A stretch of 64,000 nt of DNA, from NCBI GenBank assembly GCA_012295275.1, contig CM022670.1, forward strand, positions 5,084,001 to 5,148,000, written 5' to 3'. The notes beneath the pieces were generated by a model. The model saw nothing but the letters and a program-made list of their open reading frames with translations, made no database searches and was not told the DNA's origin. The stretch is from Chrysomallon squamiferum (taxonomy: Eukaryota > Animalia > Mollusca). Numbering within the stretch: position 1 is the stretch's first letter; each line of letters starts with the position of its first letter. Made by a program: the position numbers and the translations under genes. Shown here one piece after another: positions 42,744 through 55,862 of the stretch.

Positions 42744-43752
42744 CGAGTATATAGACGAATATAATTTTATTCGTTTGTGTACATATACATGCCTCAGATT
42801 ATATGTACATGTGTTTGTATATGTGTAATATGCCTCAAAACGTAGTGGAAATTGTTAAAAACACATTTTTTTTCTGTGTTAATACAGTTTTATTTTAGTA
42901 CACTGTAAACATATCGTATAGCTGTGTGCATGAAGTGTAGTACACCGGGTATTAAAACAGGTATGCGTTACCGTTTATAGTTGATTTCTATGTAATAATT
43001 TACTGATGGCCGCTGTATGTAAACTATTAGCAAAACATTATGACTCAGTAGCGCAGGGCATTGGCTGTGCGGGAACCATGACTATACTCGATACAGGCAA
43101 AAACAGCGGTGACTATAGTGTATTTTGAAATACAGACAAGTAGTATGATCAAAATATATACGTAGCATTATACGCGAAATACACCTTCAGCCGGATCTTT
43201 TAACAATTAGTTTGAAATACACACAAAAACTGTAAATCTATATACACATAAACAGTTACGTTACGCGTTTCGCTTACGTAAACGTACAGAAACAGTTCAC
43301 GTATTGGGTATCAGAAATTTTTAGTAGTTTCATGTCCGGAACAGGTTGTCAGTGTGTGTAACTGCGTGAATGTGTATGTGCTTAGGCTTGAATAAATACC
43401 TACAAATACGTGAATAAATATGTTGATATACGTAAATGTGCATGTATGACTGTGCATGCAGAAATATAGAAATGTTTATGTAAATGAATATGCACGAATG
43501 CATTACTCATTAAATGTACATGCATATGAGTATTTATTAAAATGTAAGTGTATATGTACGTATATATGAATTCTATATGTGGTTTTTTGTTTGTTTATGT
43601 ATTTGTGTATGTATTTATGAATGTGTATGTACATACTAATGTGCATATTAGTTTCTAAGCTTTCTATAAATACACAAAAATGTGCGTGCCACTGTTGAGT
43701 AATATATGTACGTGTAAGTATATATTAAAAAACACTCTGATGTGTACTGGTG

Positions 43753-43823
43753 GAAGAAGAAGAAGAAGAAGAAGAAGAAGAAGAAGAAGAAGAAGAAGAA
43801 GAAGAAGAAGAAGAAAAAGAAGA
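43753..43823. repeat. (AAG)n microsatellite
   Basis: Direct reading. Confidence 0.96.
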
Positions 43824-44814
43824 ACGAAAGAAAGATAAGAAAAGATCAAAAGACAGAAATAAAGAAGGAACTACAAAAACAATTTTATTTAACATCTAAA
43901 ACATCGATAGATTTAAAAAAAAAAAATTATATAACTGTTATTATTATTATTATTATTATTTAAATCAGCTGAAATATCTTTCAACTTGTTTACATCAACT
44001 TACATTCAATAGAACTGAAAACATTATCAGATAAAAAAGAAAAAAGAAAAAGAAAAGAAAAGAAAAGAAAAAAAGAAGCATATTGAAGCATGTAGAAGTT
44101 TGGAGACATTTACAAGTTAATCCCTGCATGGCACCGTGGTGTGAGAAAGACGTAGCTGTACGAAGTTCAGCCCGGGGCTTCACCTCTGGTGTTCTTCACA
44201 AAATAGATTTTATTGTAACGTAAATGATGCTATCTATACGAAGAAACATATTTACAAAGGATGTATAAGACTAAAAAAAAAAAAAAAAAACTAATAAAAA
44301 AAATTAAAATAAAAAAGTTAGATGATTTGTCTACGGGATGTGTTGTTTGGTCAGCGTTTTTTTCCGAAGAAAAAATAAATAAAAAAAGAAAGAAAAAAAA
44401 AAAAAAAAAAAAAAGAAAAGAGAAAGAAAAAGGTTGTAAAGGAAATGGTGAGAAAGTCATTCGCAGATCTTTGGTGAAGCGTTTGCCAGATGCCAGATCT
44501 ACTGATCTAGCGTATTGTAGTCAGTTAATAATAATAATAATAATAATCAAAAATGGATAGACTGTCTACAAAGAAAATATCGAAAAGAAGATAAGGAAAA
44601 GGAAGAAGTTAAAAAGAACTGAAAACAGTTTTAATGATGATAACGACCGTCGTAATGTAAAACAGCAGCAACAACGACAATAATAATGACACTGATAATA
44701 ACGACAAATAAAATTATGATGATAATAATTGATGATGACTATGATAATAATAATTTCTCAATATTTAAAATATATTTGTCTCTCCCTCTCTTTTACTTTG
44801 TCTCTGTCTCCCTC

Positions 44815-45110
<296 letters not shown>

Positions 45111-45976
45111 TCTTTGCTAGGACTTCTTTCTTTTCCTCGCTCTAATTAAGAACTCATACCTTTCGCCTGAAAGCCGCAACAAATAATTTATGATTGAATA
45201 CCTACAAGTACTTCAAACGTAAAATTGTTATCTACATAAATATTTCCATCCAGGGGTAAGGAGAATCTTTTCATAATCATGTAACCGCGATGTTCCCTTG
45301 TTTGTTTGCGACTTAATGGTTTGTCGACGTTCCTTCTTTTCTGTTTTTTTTTTGTTTAGCTGTTTAAAAGAAGTTTGATTACAAGTTAATATTCTTCTTC
45401 TCACATGACCAAACCAAAGGTAAAGAGAATTCGTAATAGAAAAGGGTTTCATTTTTTTTTTTTTTTTTTTTTTTTGGACCCGCTTCATCAAGTTGCTACC
45501 ACAGTGAGAAAAACTGCGGGGAAAAATGGAAAAGAAAAGAAACATTCCCTGAATCGAATGTTGAAATGCCCCCACGGAATAAATCGACAACAAAGTGCCA
45601 ATTTACCATAACTAACTGACGAGTCTTGCTTCGGTTTGGAAAGAAACAGCGGGGTGCCAGCCGAAGCTGAGGACTTCAAAACCTTGCAAATAGAAAATGC
45701 ATTTCATAGACTCGTAACTTTTACGATGTGAAATTAGATGCTCCGGTGGCGAGCAAAGAGAAACAAAGTTTTTGAAATTTGATGACTCTGTTTGACAAAT
45801 ACGTTTACCTACAAAACGAAATGTTTAGTACGTAGGAAGATTAATATGGGAAATATTTGACCCCATTTTTATTTTTTTATTTTTTTATTTTTTTTTTACG
45901 TATTTGTCCAGGAGTTTTCAGAGTAAGAGGTTTATATGGTTTGTATTTTTTTTTTTTTTTTTCTCTTTCTGAATTA

Positions 45977-45977
45977 C

Positions 45978-46046
<69 letters not shown>
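45977..46046. repeat. (ATT)n microsatellite
   Basis: Direct reading. Confidence 0.96.
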
Positions 46047-46048
<2 letters not shown>

Positions 46049-46345
46049 TTATAATTTTTTTCCTTTGGCATTTTTTTTGGATTTTCTTAATTTCCTTATA
46101 AATTGTTATATGTTATATTTTCTACGCATATCCTCTTGTTTTATTCTTTTAACAGTTTATTTTTTAATATTTTTTAACAGTTATTTTCTTTTTTCTTTGT
46201 TTGATTCGCTCGTAATGAGAAGTAGAAACCCAAAAGCAACTGTTCCAGCTTTCACTAGCACTGCAATATGTCAGTTCAGTATATACTAAATTTACTCAAC
46301 AAAAGAATGAAAATTACGTGGGCAATAAGGAACATACAAGTGTTG

Positions 46346-46376
<31 letters not shown>

Positions 46377-47644
46377 GGCGAACAGACATACAGAATTGGG
46401 CCATTTTTGCATCATTAACCCAGACAATTAATTCTAATTTTCAACATCTCGTACATGTTGTCTTGATATTCTGAAAGTGTGAGGTCTCTGGTAAAGATGT
46501 TATCTGGTCATTCAAAACCTACACAAACTGAGCGGAACTAATGCAAATGGACGATGTTGTATATGGGAGCTGGACAGTCGCCAGCTGGCTTAATAGAAAA
46601 ACCTGGATGATTAAACATTGTCATAAACTTTACAGTTTAATATATATATATATATAATCGTACGTGTGCATGTGACGTCTGTGTGTGTGTATGTGTGTCT
46701 GTTCGTAAGTACATACATATATAGACATACATACAGCTACATACGCGCGTATATTTTTGTCTGTAATATGATTTAGCATAACTGAATGAGAAGATTCAGT
46801 AGTTAGTTTTGCGAGATATTTACACAGGACTGGAGAGGGTATGAGTTTCAGACATGTTCTTTATTGTTAACAGATGAAACAGTTCTTTTTTTCTAAGGTT
46901 GTTTTTTTTCTTTTCTTTTCTTTTCTTTTACCTAAGTTTAAAAGAAGAAGAAAGAATGTGAATATGACAGACGATGCTGGAAGTTACTGATATTTTATAC
47001 TAAAAGGATTTGTTAAGCTGAAAGAGTGTTTTTTTGTTTGTTTTTTTTGTATCCTTTTTATTTCGTTTGAGGTAATGAATAAGATTTCTATTCAGATAGT
47101 TTAAGAATGTTTTATATATTGTTATTAAATTTTGTTAATCAACAAGATTTTTTATATACCCACACACATGCACACACACAAACACACACATTTTACTATA
47201 TTATTATTAATTAATAATACATATATTATTTCTGTACCATTATTTAAATTAGAAAATACATTTTACTTCGGAAGAACCATTATAAAGACAAAATGCCAGA
47301 CACAAACACAACACTCCCCCCTCCCCAGAACCCAGTTATAAATGATCCATTTTTTATTACAACTCCAAACGTCTTGGGTAAGAATGCAAATTACATATTA
47401 TTTTTCTGCTGAAAAAAAAGAAGAAGAAAAAAAAAATCCAACTTATCATAAATAAAAATTTATTTACATTTTAGAAAAATTAACAAGCCTTTATTTGACA
47501 CAGACTACAATATCGAGGAAAATTATTGACGTCTTTTCCTTTGCCGTCTGTATATCGTTTCACCGAAAGCGTATAGATCATACTATGTTAAAACGTATTC
47601 TGTTTGTCGTCTTTCACGGTAATCAGAAAAATTCCAAAGCAGAG

Positions 47645-47736
47645 CTGACACGTGACGTCATTTTTTTTTGCAACTTGTGGACGTGCACTTGACAGATAAC
47701 CACTGTCGATAAAATAGATTTTAGGTCACGTGACAA
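47645..47736. promoter_or_regulatory. Candidate enhancer: overlapping E-box/CRE plus GTCACGTGAC
   Basis: CACGTG 47649-47654 overlaps TGACGTCA 47653-47660; GTCACGTGAC at 47725-47734. Confidence 0.45.
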
Positions 47737-48315
47737 AAAACTTAGTCACTTAATGTTGTTTATGTTTTATTGTAAAGTACCGAAAGGATCCCTCCTGTTT
47801 ACCATGCAAGATAAAACGAATGGTGTAACAGATTAAGAATAGTTGATTTAGATTATTTGATCCCGTTTGACTGGGTATGCGGCAGAGCGGTGATTTAGAG
47901 CTGTAATATTTTGAATTTATTTTGATTGCTTTAAAAATATGCTTATAGAAAAGAGGTTTCAGTTACAAAATAAGAATATTTTAAGGAGAAAACAAATAAG
48001 AATAAAACAGTAGCTTTACGAATGGAAAAATAAAACCAGTTTTTAATTTTTTTTCCTCTCACTTATAACTGTTTGTTAAGGAAAGGGTTTCAGTGAATGA
48101 ATGTATTTGTTCATATACACACACAAGCATACATACACATACATACACATACATACACACACATACACACATATACACACACACACAAACACATACACAC
48201 ATATAGACAGAAAAACACATATTCATACATGCATGATAGATAGCTAGACAGATTATATATATTCGTGCCTGTATATGTGCGTGTCTGCAGGTATAACAAA
48301 AGCACAGGAACACTT

Positions 48316-48360
<45 letters not shown>

Positions 48361-49249
48361 ATCTAAATTCCTAATAGTTGAATGAGTAATAAGATTAATG
48401 AGCAACTGAAGTAACTGAACGACAAAGAAAAAAGCGTCTAACATTAACACAGTAACTCTCTGTATCACATGTCGTAAGAGATACATGCAATTTGATAGAA
48501 TTTACATCAGGAACAGCAATAAAACATTCGTCCAAAACAATTCTTCGTTCTCGTCAGAAACTTACAACTGTTTTAAGTGGAAGTATTCGATATCTCCTCA
48601 ACTATATCTTCATCATGATTAGAACTTAAAACGTCTCAGGTGACAGTTCTAGTTAGATATGCATGTAATGTAGCTGCATAATTTTTAAAGTTCAAAATGT
48701 TATCTAACAACAAGGACAATGGTAAAGGAATTTAAAAACAGAAAGGAAAGAATGAATGTATGAAGAAAACGCAAAAGAAGGGAGAAAGAAAAGAAAAGAA
48801 GAAAAAGAGAAATAAAGAAAAAAACACAAAAAAGACACACACACACACACACACGTAGGCTGAAGTAACAAATATTCCATCAGGTATTTGCAGATAATAT
48901 TATGCCTCCATGTTTCAAGTTTATAGATATTCACTTTATATGTGTGGAATGTGTGTTTTAAATTTCTAAACGTAATAAAGGAGTATCACAAATCCATTCT
49001 ACAGTTACGTAAATATCAAGGCATATGTATAAGTATATTATAAATAAAAGTTAACTATTTATATACGCACACTGGAATGCCAGTTAGATGTTTCCTTTAA
49101 CAAATGCCTACATTATATTTACATACATGTTAATGAATCTCGGCACATAATATGAAAGCATGCAACTTTGAAGGTTTTCAAAGAAACAAGCACCATATAT
49201 ATATGTCAGTGTGTAAATATATATGTATATATATATGTATGTGTGTGTG

Positions 49250-49303
<54 letters not shown>

Positions 49304-50432
49304 CATAAAGATGATGTCGAGTATATACCTAAATATATATATATATGGTAAGTTAAAATACACAGTATTGACGTACTGAAAGCTCTGCACAAAATAGCCG
49401 AAGTCATCGGCAGTTGAACAAAGGACCAAGAGCATCAATGTTAGAACCATTTCTGCAGCCAGCAGCAGACAAGCAAACCACTGATGTTTTCTAACACACG
49501 ACATAATCATCATGTTTCTCTGGGCAGTTGTTTCTATCAGGCCGAAAAATCAACAAAACACCTGGATATGATCGACGTGAATCTGTTAGTCTGCAGGGCA
49601 AAAATGTGGCTATTATTTTATTTTTATTTTCCACCGCGTTTCAGCATTCTTCTCTATTTAGATGTTCCGGGGGAAAACTAAAAAAAAGAAAAAAAAAAAA
49701 AAAAAAAAAAAGATAGTAGAAAATGTTTATAATTAGTATTATGTCTTGAATACAATTATGGAGATGTTTGATGTGTCTGATACTGAAGGCCATTAAAACT
49801 AATTATCATGTATATTGCAAAACATTATCAATACTGTCATCTATGTAGAAATGAACAGTTTTGTCATTATATGTGTGTCTGTATATATGTATTAGATTAG
49901 AAAATATCGATATAACTTCCTTGTAATGAAATGAATGATAATGTGTGTGTTCATGTGTGTGTGTGTGTCTGTCTGTATGTATGGATATGTATGTATGTAT
50001 GTATATATGTGTGTATGTGTGTGTGTATTTGTATGCTCCTATAATATATATAAATATTCAGTTTTTTACGCGTATTTGTATACACGTGTTAGTGCGTGTG
50101 TGTTTGCTTGACACTGAATTACATTACACCTTTGTAAGAAACCAAGAGCTGTACGAAAGCCTGTGTTATTACAACAAGTTTTATGTAAGTGACACCGCCA
50201 CCACGTTTAGAGTTTCACCCAAAAACAACAACTCTTACACGTTTCCAGTTTCACAACAAACGTTTTCCTATATAACTGTCATCTTCGTTCAAAGAAAGGA
50301 AAACGAATACGTCCATCACCCCACCCCCAAAAAAAAAATAAAAACAGAACAAAAACTTTCATCCAAAGCATCATCCACATCGCTGCTTCCCGCCTTGATT
50401 TGTGTACCCAGACAATAAAACGGTTCACTTAC

Positions 50433-50704
50433 GTCCTCTTTCGGACGCGGGACAGAAACCAGCAAACGGCGGCCACGTTAATAACATTTTCCACATGACC
50501 GGAACGTTGATGGCGATTGCGGAGGGCAGCAGGCAACGTCGTGTAATGGACCCCGGAGACGCGGTCGCTGTCGACGTTTAACATCCAGCAGACGTGTTAT
50601 CGGGCAGCGACGTGTTTGTGGAGCTTGTTTCAGCACCCCACGGGTTGGTCTGTGCGAGGCAGTTTAACACGACGCGGAGTCGTTCAGTGGGGGGGGCGGG
50701 GGGC
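50433..50704 (-). other. GC/CpG-rich island bounded by canonical minus-strand splice signals (candidate 272-nt exon)
   Basis: Minus strand acceptor TTTCACAG| at 50705 and donor |GTAAGTG at 50432; the composition boundary roughly coincides with these sites. Confidence 0.35.
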
Positions 50705-52644
50705 CTGTGAAATATCGTAACTTAATTAAAAAGTGATGTAGCGTAGACCAGTCCAGTTTCCAGTTCAGAATACAGTTTTTTTAAAATAGAAATAATACTG
50801 TCTGTAAGAATTAAATGAAGTCTGGAATGTTGAGAATTTAGAGCCCTGTATATTGAGTTTGTTTCAGACCGGACGGAAAAGCAGAGTCGTGAGCAAAAAC
50901 CTTTTCTGTATGTTTAAGATTATGTGTGTGCGTGTGTGTATATATGTGTGTGTGTGCGTGTGTTAGTGCGGGCGTGCGTAATGTTTTCTTGTGTGTAAAT
51001 GCGTGTCTCCTTGTCTGTGAGTTAGTAATATATTTTATTTTATTTTATTTTTAGGATGGAATTTTATAATTTAATTAATCATTAGGTAAATAATTAATTA
51101 ACTTAAATTCCACGAGCAGTGCTGCATTAGTATTTCACTACCCATAGAGGGCCCCATTACTGATAGTTAACAAATGATGTCATCACTGGCTTCGCAAGCC
51201 TTGTTCGGATACACGCGACCTACCACAATAAATGATTACGTCATTAGATTGCGTCAAAGTTCCATCACATTTTATTAATGGAACGATCGTTTAGTTTGTA
51301 GCCGATTTTTATACTCCACTGAACAAAAATAAACAAAATAAAAAAGTAAAATAAAATAAAATAAATGAAATGAAATAAATAAATAATAATAAAAAAGTAA
51401 CAACAACAAAAAGAAAAAACAACAAAGAAACAAAAAACAAAAAAAACAAAACAAAAAAACAAACAACTATAAAAAACAAAGCATATAGTTTGTAGGTATA
51501 GGATATACATATCAAATGAATAATAACAATAAAACAACTCTTCAGAGACAAACAGAAGAATTATAACTTACAAATGGTCTGAATCCGACTTAAACGGTTA
51601 TGAAAATAGCGATTTACTTCAAACTGGGGAATATCCTCGTATCTTTTTATTCTGAAAATTAATTAGTACCGAACCTCACCGTGACTCCATCATTTTGCCA
51701 CCAATAGAGAGTTACATGTCTTCGGATATTCCCCTTAAAATAATGGAGAACGACAACAATAGAATGACGTCATACATTTCTAATGCATTACGTAACGAAA
51801 CCGCGTGTTACCTGTCACCAGCCAATAAATCAGTACATAAAAATCTCCCAAATCATCGGGGATTATGTTATACACTGTTCGCGTCGAAGAAATGGATTAC
51901 AGAGCCACATTTTCTCAAGGCTTTATAATATCACCCAGCTTTATAATAAAGAATCGCGTTAAGAGACATTACGACTTTTATCAACAGTTGACGAAGCAAT
52001 AAATCACGAAACAACGTATCATGAAGCATTGTGTTATCCAACGTAATATTGCACGGAGTTAAATGATATACCACCGTGAGCTGTGTTATAAAACTTAATA
52101 TCATGTAGAGCTGAATTATGTGGCGATATATATTATATCTTGAAGAATTGTGCTGTAAAACTCAACTTCTTGCATCGTAAAAGAAGACGGCAAGGTAATG
52201 CTGTGAATCAACACGTTACGAAAATAGAAGTAGTATGCATAACAATGCATAACAATGATTTAGATATTTGTGCAACATCATGCCGTGTTTTTTGTAGATG
52301 ACTAAGATAACGTATCAAATGTCAGAATGAATAGATGATTACTAAACAGTTTATGATTAATGATCGAATATGTGAAATGATAACGCACGAAGAGTGAATG
52401 AATAACTATTGTGTAAGTAATGAATAATGAATGAAAATGTAAATAAATATATAATGAATGAATAAAGAATATTTAACTAACAAGTGAATTAACAAACAAA
52501 AAAATGAAGAATAACTAAATGCAAAATTCAGAGGACGAATAACTAAATTAATATTGGCATAATGCAGATAGATATCTGCATAGGTACATTTTTAATAATA
52601 ATTTATTATTGTTAAAAAATATGCCTTTGATACTTAGGTACATT

Positions 52645-52855
52645 AATATCAAAGAGAAACCCCACTTCTGCCTGTCATTTCATTATTCCCCAGCAAGGCT
52701 TCTTTTATGAGTTTCTTCATACAGACAGGTAAACGGATATCTTGGACCCCTTATAAACGGTCTTGTATAACTGGTTGAAGAGGAAACTAGCCCAAGTAAT
52801 GAATCAACGACGCAGACCCATATGTCTGTAACCTTGAAAACACTCAGATAGCTCT
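52645..52855 (-). mobile_element. Decayed SINE in reverse orientation (Meta/MESC-like core)
   Basis: GAGAAACCC...CAGCAAGGCTTCTTTTAT...ACAGACAGG...ACTGGTTG is the reverse complement of the core blocks seen at 32000-32110 and 55667-55775. Confidence 0.65.
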
Positions 52856-53980
52856 TCGGTGATTATAGTGTCTTAATTATCACCCATTCATCAGTAGAAT
52901 AATATTCCAGTGATACCCTAGAGTACAAGACGATAATCTTATTAATGCTTTATTAGTTGCTAAAAGGTTAGTTTTGTTATTAGTGAGAAAGCAATAATAC
53001 GAATCCGTCTGGCGATGATACGTTTTCATTTAAAGGAAGTACATACAAATATTGGCAAGAAGTAGATTTGTCTTTGTTTTAATACTTATTTATATATACA
53101 TATTTCTGCATTATGACTGCTCTCTGTGTATGCATATGTTTGTGCGTTCACCAAAAAATCTTTATTTCAATGCCTCTTTGTGAAATAATGAACCAGGTGA
53201 TCAAAATTGTCAAATAACCTACTCTAAGTCAAATGTTCAGCATCAGCTCTTAATTACTTTATCATTAACCATCATTTTTCAAAATTACAGGAATAACTAC
53301 TGCCAATTAATAATAAACGACAAGATCATCAGTAATTCAGGAACATGGCTCGAATTCTTCAGCTCCATTAGAATCGGAACTGTAAATACCTTCCATCCGC
53401 CAGAAATAGCCTTCGGAAACACATTCACGTTTTTGTAGTGCACGTTGTAAATTGGCCATAATTAACCAGACCGGTCGACCAAAGAAACGGTTACGCAAAC
53501 CTGTATACAATGTAACAAGATAATTATGCTACGACGCACTGGTCAGCTCAGAAATTATCCTGAAGACACTTCGTCCAAAGATCGTTGGTTGGGTTTCATT
53601 TTGTATATTTATTCACGGTATATAAATAAATTATTCACCGGTTGCGCTGTGCCTCTGATTGCCCCAGGTAGACAAAAATGATGAGATGGAATATTTTGGC
53701 GGTGGTGAGGCACTTTGGCTCGCGTCTTTGTGAATTAGCGAAATTCCTAACAGACTTGACCTTGTGTTTGGCCTTGTACTGGTGTTTGATTGAATTAACA
53801 GGTAGTTTTGTGTGTCACGGCCACGCTGTTTTTCTGTCTGGAACATATAATAGACGGGATGAAGAACCGGTGATGTTATTGCCAAGTTCCATTCATAAAT
53901 TTCTCGAAGGGTGAAAAATATGGTTGTGGAATTTTGTTGTTTTTGTTGTATTGTCTAGAGCTGAGATTAACTGTGCATAC

Positions 53981-53999
53981 TGTGTGTGTGTGTGTGTGC

Positions 54000-54079
<80 letters not shown>

Positions 54080-54083
54080 GAGA
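53981..54083. repeat. Compound (TG)n(AG)n microsatellite
   Basis: Direct reading. Confidence 0.96.
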
Positions 54084-54315
54084 GTGTGAAACAGGACGAA
54101 AACGGTAGAGAGACAGAGAAGGCGAAGAATGTGAACCAAGGACACAACAATAACCAGTTAAATCAGATTTCGCCATTCTTCCTAAGTCTTCTTATAACAT
54201 TTATAAAATCTCACTCTTCTGTTTCAGACGGTCTCATGTTTGTCAGCATAACATTTATAACACATTCTACTACTGTGTAAGTGCTCTGCCAGCCTTTTCC
54301 GTCTGATAAGTATAC

Positions 54316-54319
<4 letters not shown>

Positions 54320-54406
<87 letters not shown>
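54320..54406. repeat. Abutting (AAT)n|(ATT)n palindromic microsatellite
   Basis: The AAT run switches directly to a TTA run at 54373/54374. Confidence 0.95.
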
Positions 54407-54408
<2 letters not shown>

Positions 54409-55624
54409 ATTATAATTATAAAAATGTGAATAATATTAAATAAAACAAAGGTAATATTAAATTATAACTGGGAAAGCGGCAGCAGATGACTGAAAGCAGT
54501 TACAACATAACTTGATATAAAAGTAATTGTTTAGTAATTGATGGCTATTTCTTTTTTGCACATCTTATTAAGGCTATTTCTGTAAGTCTCTGAACAACAA
54601 CTTAACAGCTGGGAATAAAAACATGCTGCAACAAATAGGAGAAAACCATTAAGAAACGTGGCTTAATGATCAGTGCATTGTATGTATCGTAGAGAAAATA
54701 TGAGTTCTTTATTAAAGAATATAAATAAATTATTTTGGCTGTGTCCAAACCGAGATATATTTTCTAACTTTAGACGAAATGAAAGATGAATAATTGAAAC
54801 GTATTTTGTTTTTGCTTCGTCATTATTATTTATGTTTATCTGACATTCCGTTTTGCTAGATTAATTTTCTCCAGTAACACAAAAAAGGTATTGTATAATA
54901 TTACGCAACAACACCAAGGGTAGATGCAGCATTTCAGAAAGGTGTGGGTCTCCATCACTGTATTTATATAACCTTCCAAATGTCTCTCTCTATATATATA
55001 GACATGGCACAAACAAAAAAATAAATTAATGAATAAATAATAAAAATAAAAATATTAAATTTAAAAAAAAAGAAATGCATAAAAACAAAACCGAAAGAGG
55101 GTCGTAGATTGACTACATTAGTCTCCCTGGAAATTGTGTTTTCACTGGACCTACATTTCATACTACGGCCAAATTAAAATTTCATTAACTTTAATACTTA
55201 AATCTTTGACATAAAGGCTTCTTAAAAGACGAAAACGTCAAATTTGATATATTGGTGGAAACTAAATATACGAGATCATGTCACTTCGGTGTTATTTTAA
55301 AAGATATTCGGTGTAGGTTCTTCTTTTAATTATAACAGATTCTTTCTTGTACAGAGATTTTGTTTGTGATATTGAATAGGTCGTTTTAATAAACAAATTA
55401 TCATTTGATATAAGATCCCAGATTCCGTGGGCCTCAGCCCAAAGCAAGCATTCTACTATGGACGATAAAACACGATATAGGCAGATAATAAAGAAAACTA
55501 TGTAAGCCGGAGTCACAAATACATCTCAAATATGTGACAGATTATCAAAATAAGCTTAAATCTTAAATACTGTGTGACAGATTATTAAAAAGAGGTTTAG
55601 ATTCCCTTTTTTAATCTCCATATC

Positions 55625-55862
55625 CTGGGCTGCACGATTTATCCTTTTCTGTATTATCCCGACCTAACCAGTGCCCCGTGACAGGTCTGTCAAATATGGT
55701 GATGCGTGGTTTTGTGTCTGTGAAAAGATTCTTACAAAAGATACCTTCCTGCTAATAGGTGGCAGCTAGGCTTCTTTTTTCATGTCATTCTTATACAATA
55801 AAATCTTTATATGTGCCATTCTTGAGAGGTTAATGTTAAAAGGTTATGAGATGTCGTTATTC
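55625..55862 (+). mobile_element. Decayed SINE (Meta/MESC-like core)
   Basis: AACCAGTGCCCCGTGACAGG...TGTCTGTGAAAAG...AAAAGATACCTTCCTGCTAATAGGTGGCAGC...GATGTCGTTA is collinear with the copy at 31893-32175. Confidence 0.7.

Noticed and set aside
52562-52581. 9-bp inverted repeat ATGCAGATA-GA-TATCTGCAT (similar 8-bp one at 20636-20658)
   Set aside because: Short isolated hairpins are expected by chance in AT-rich DNA, and terminator logic does not apply.
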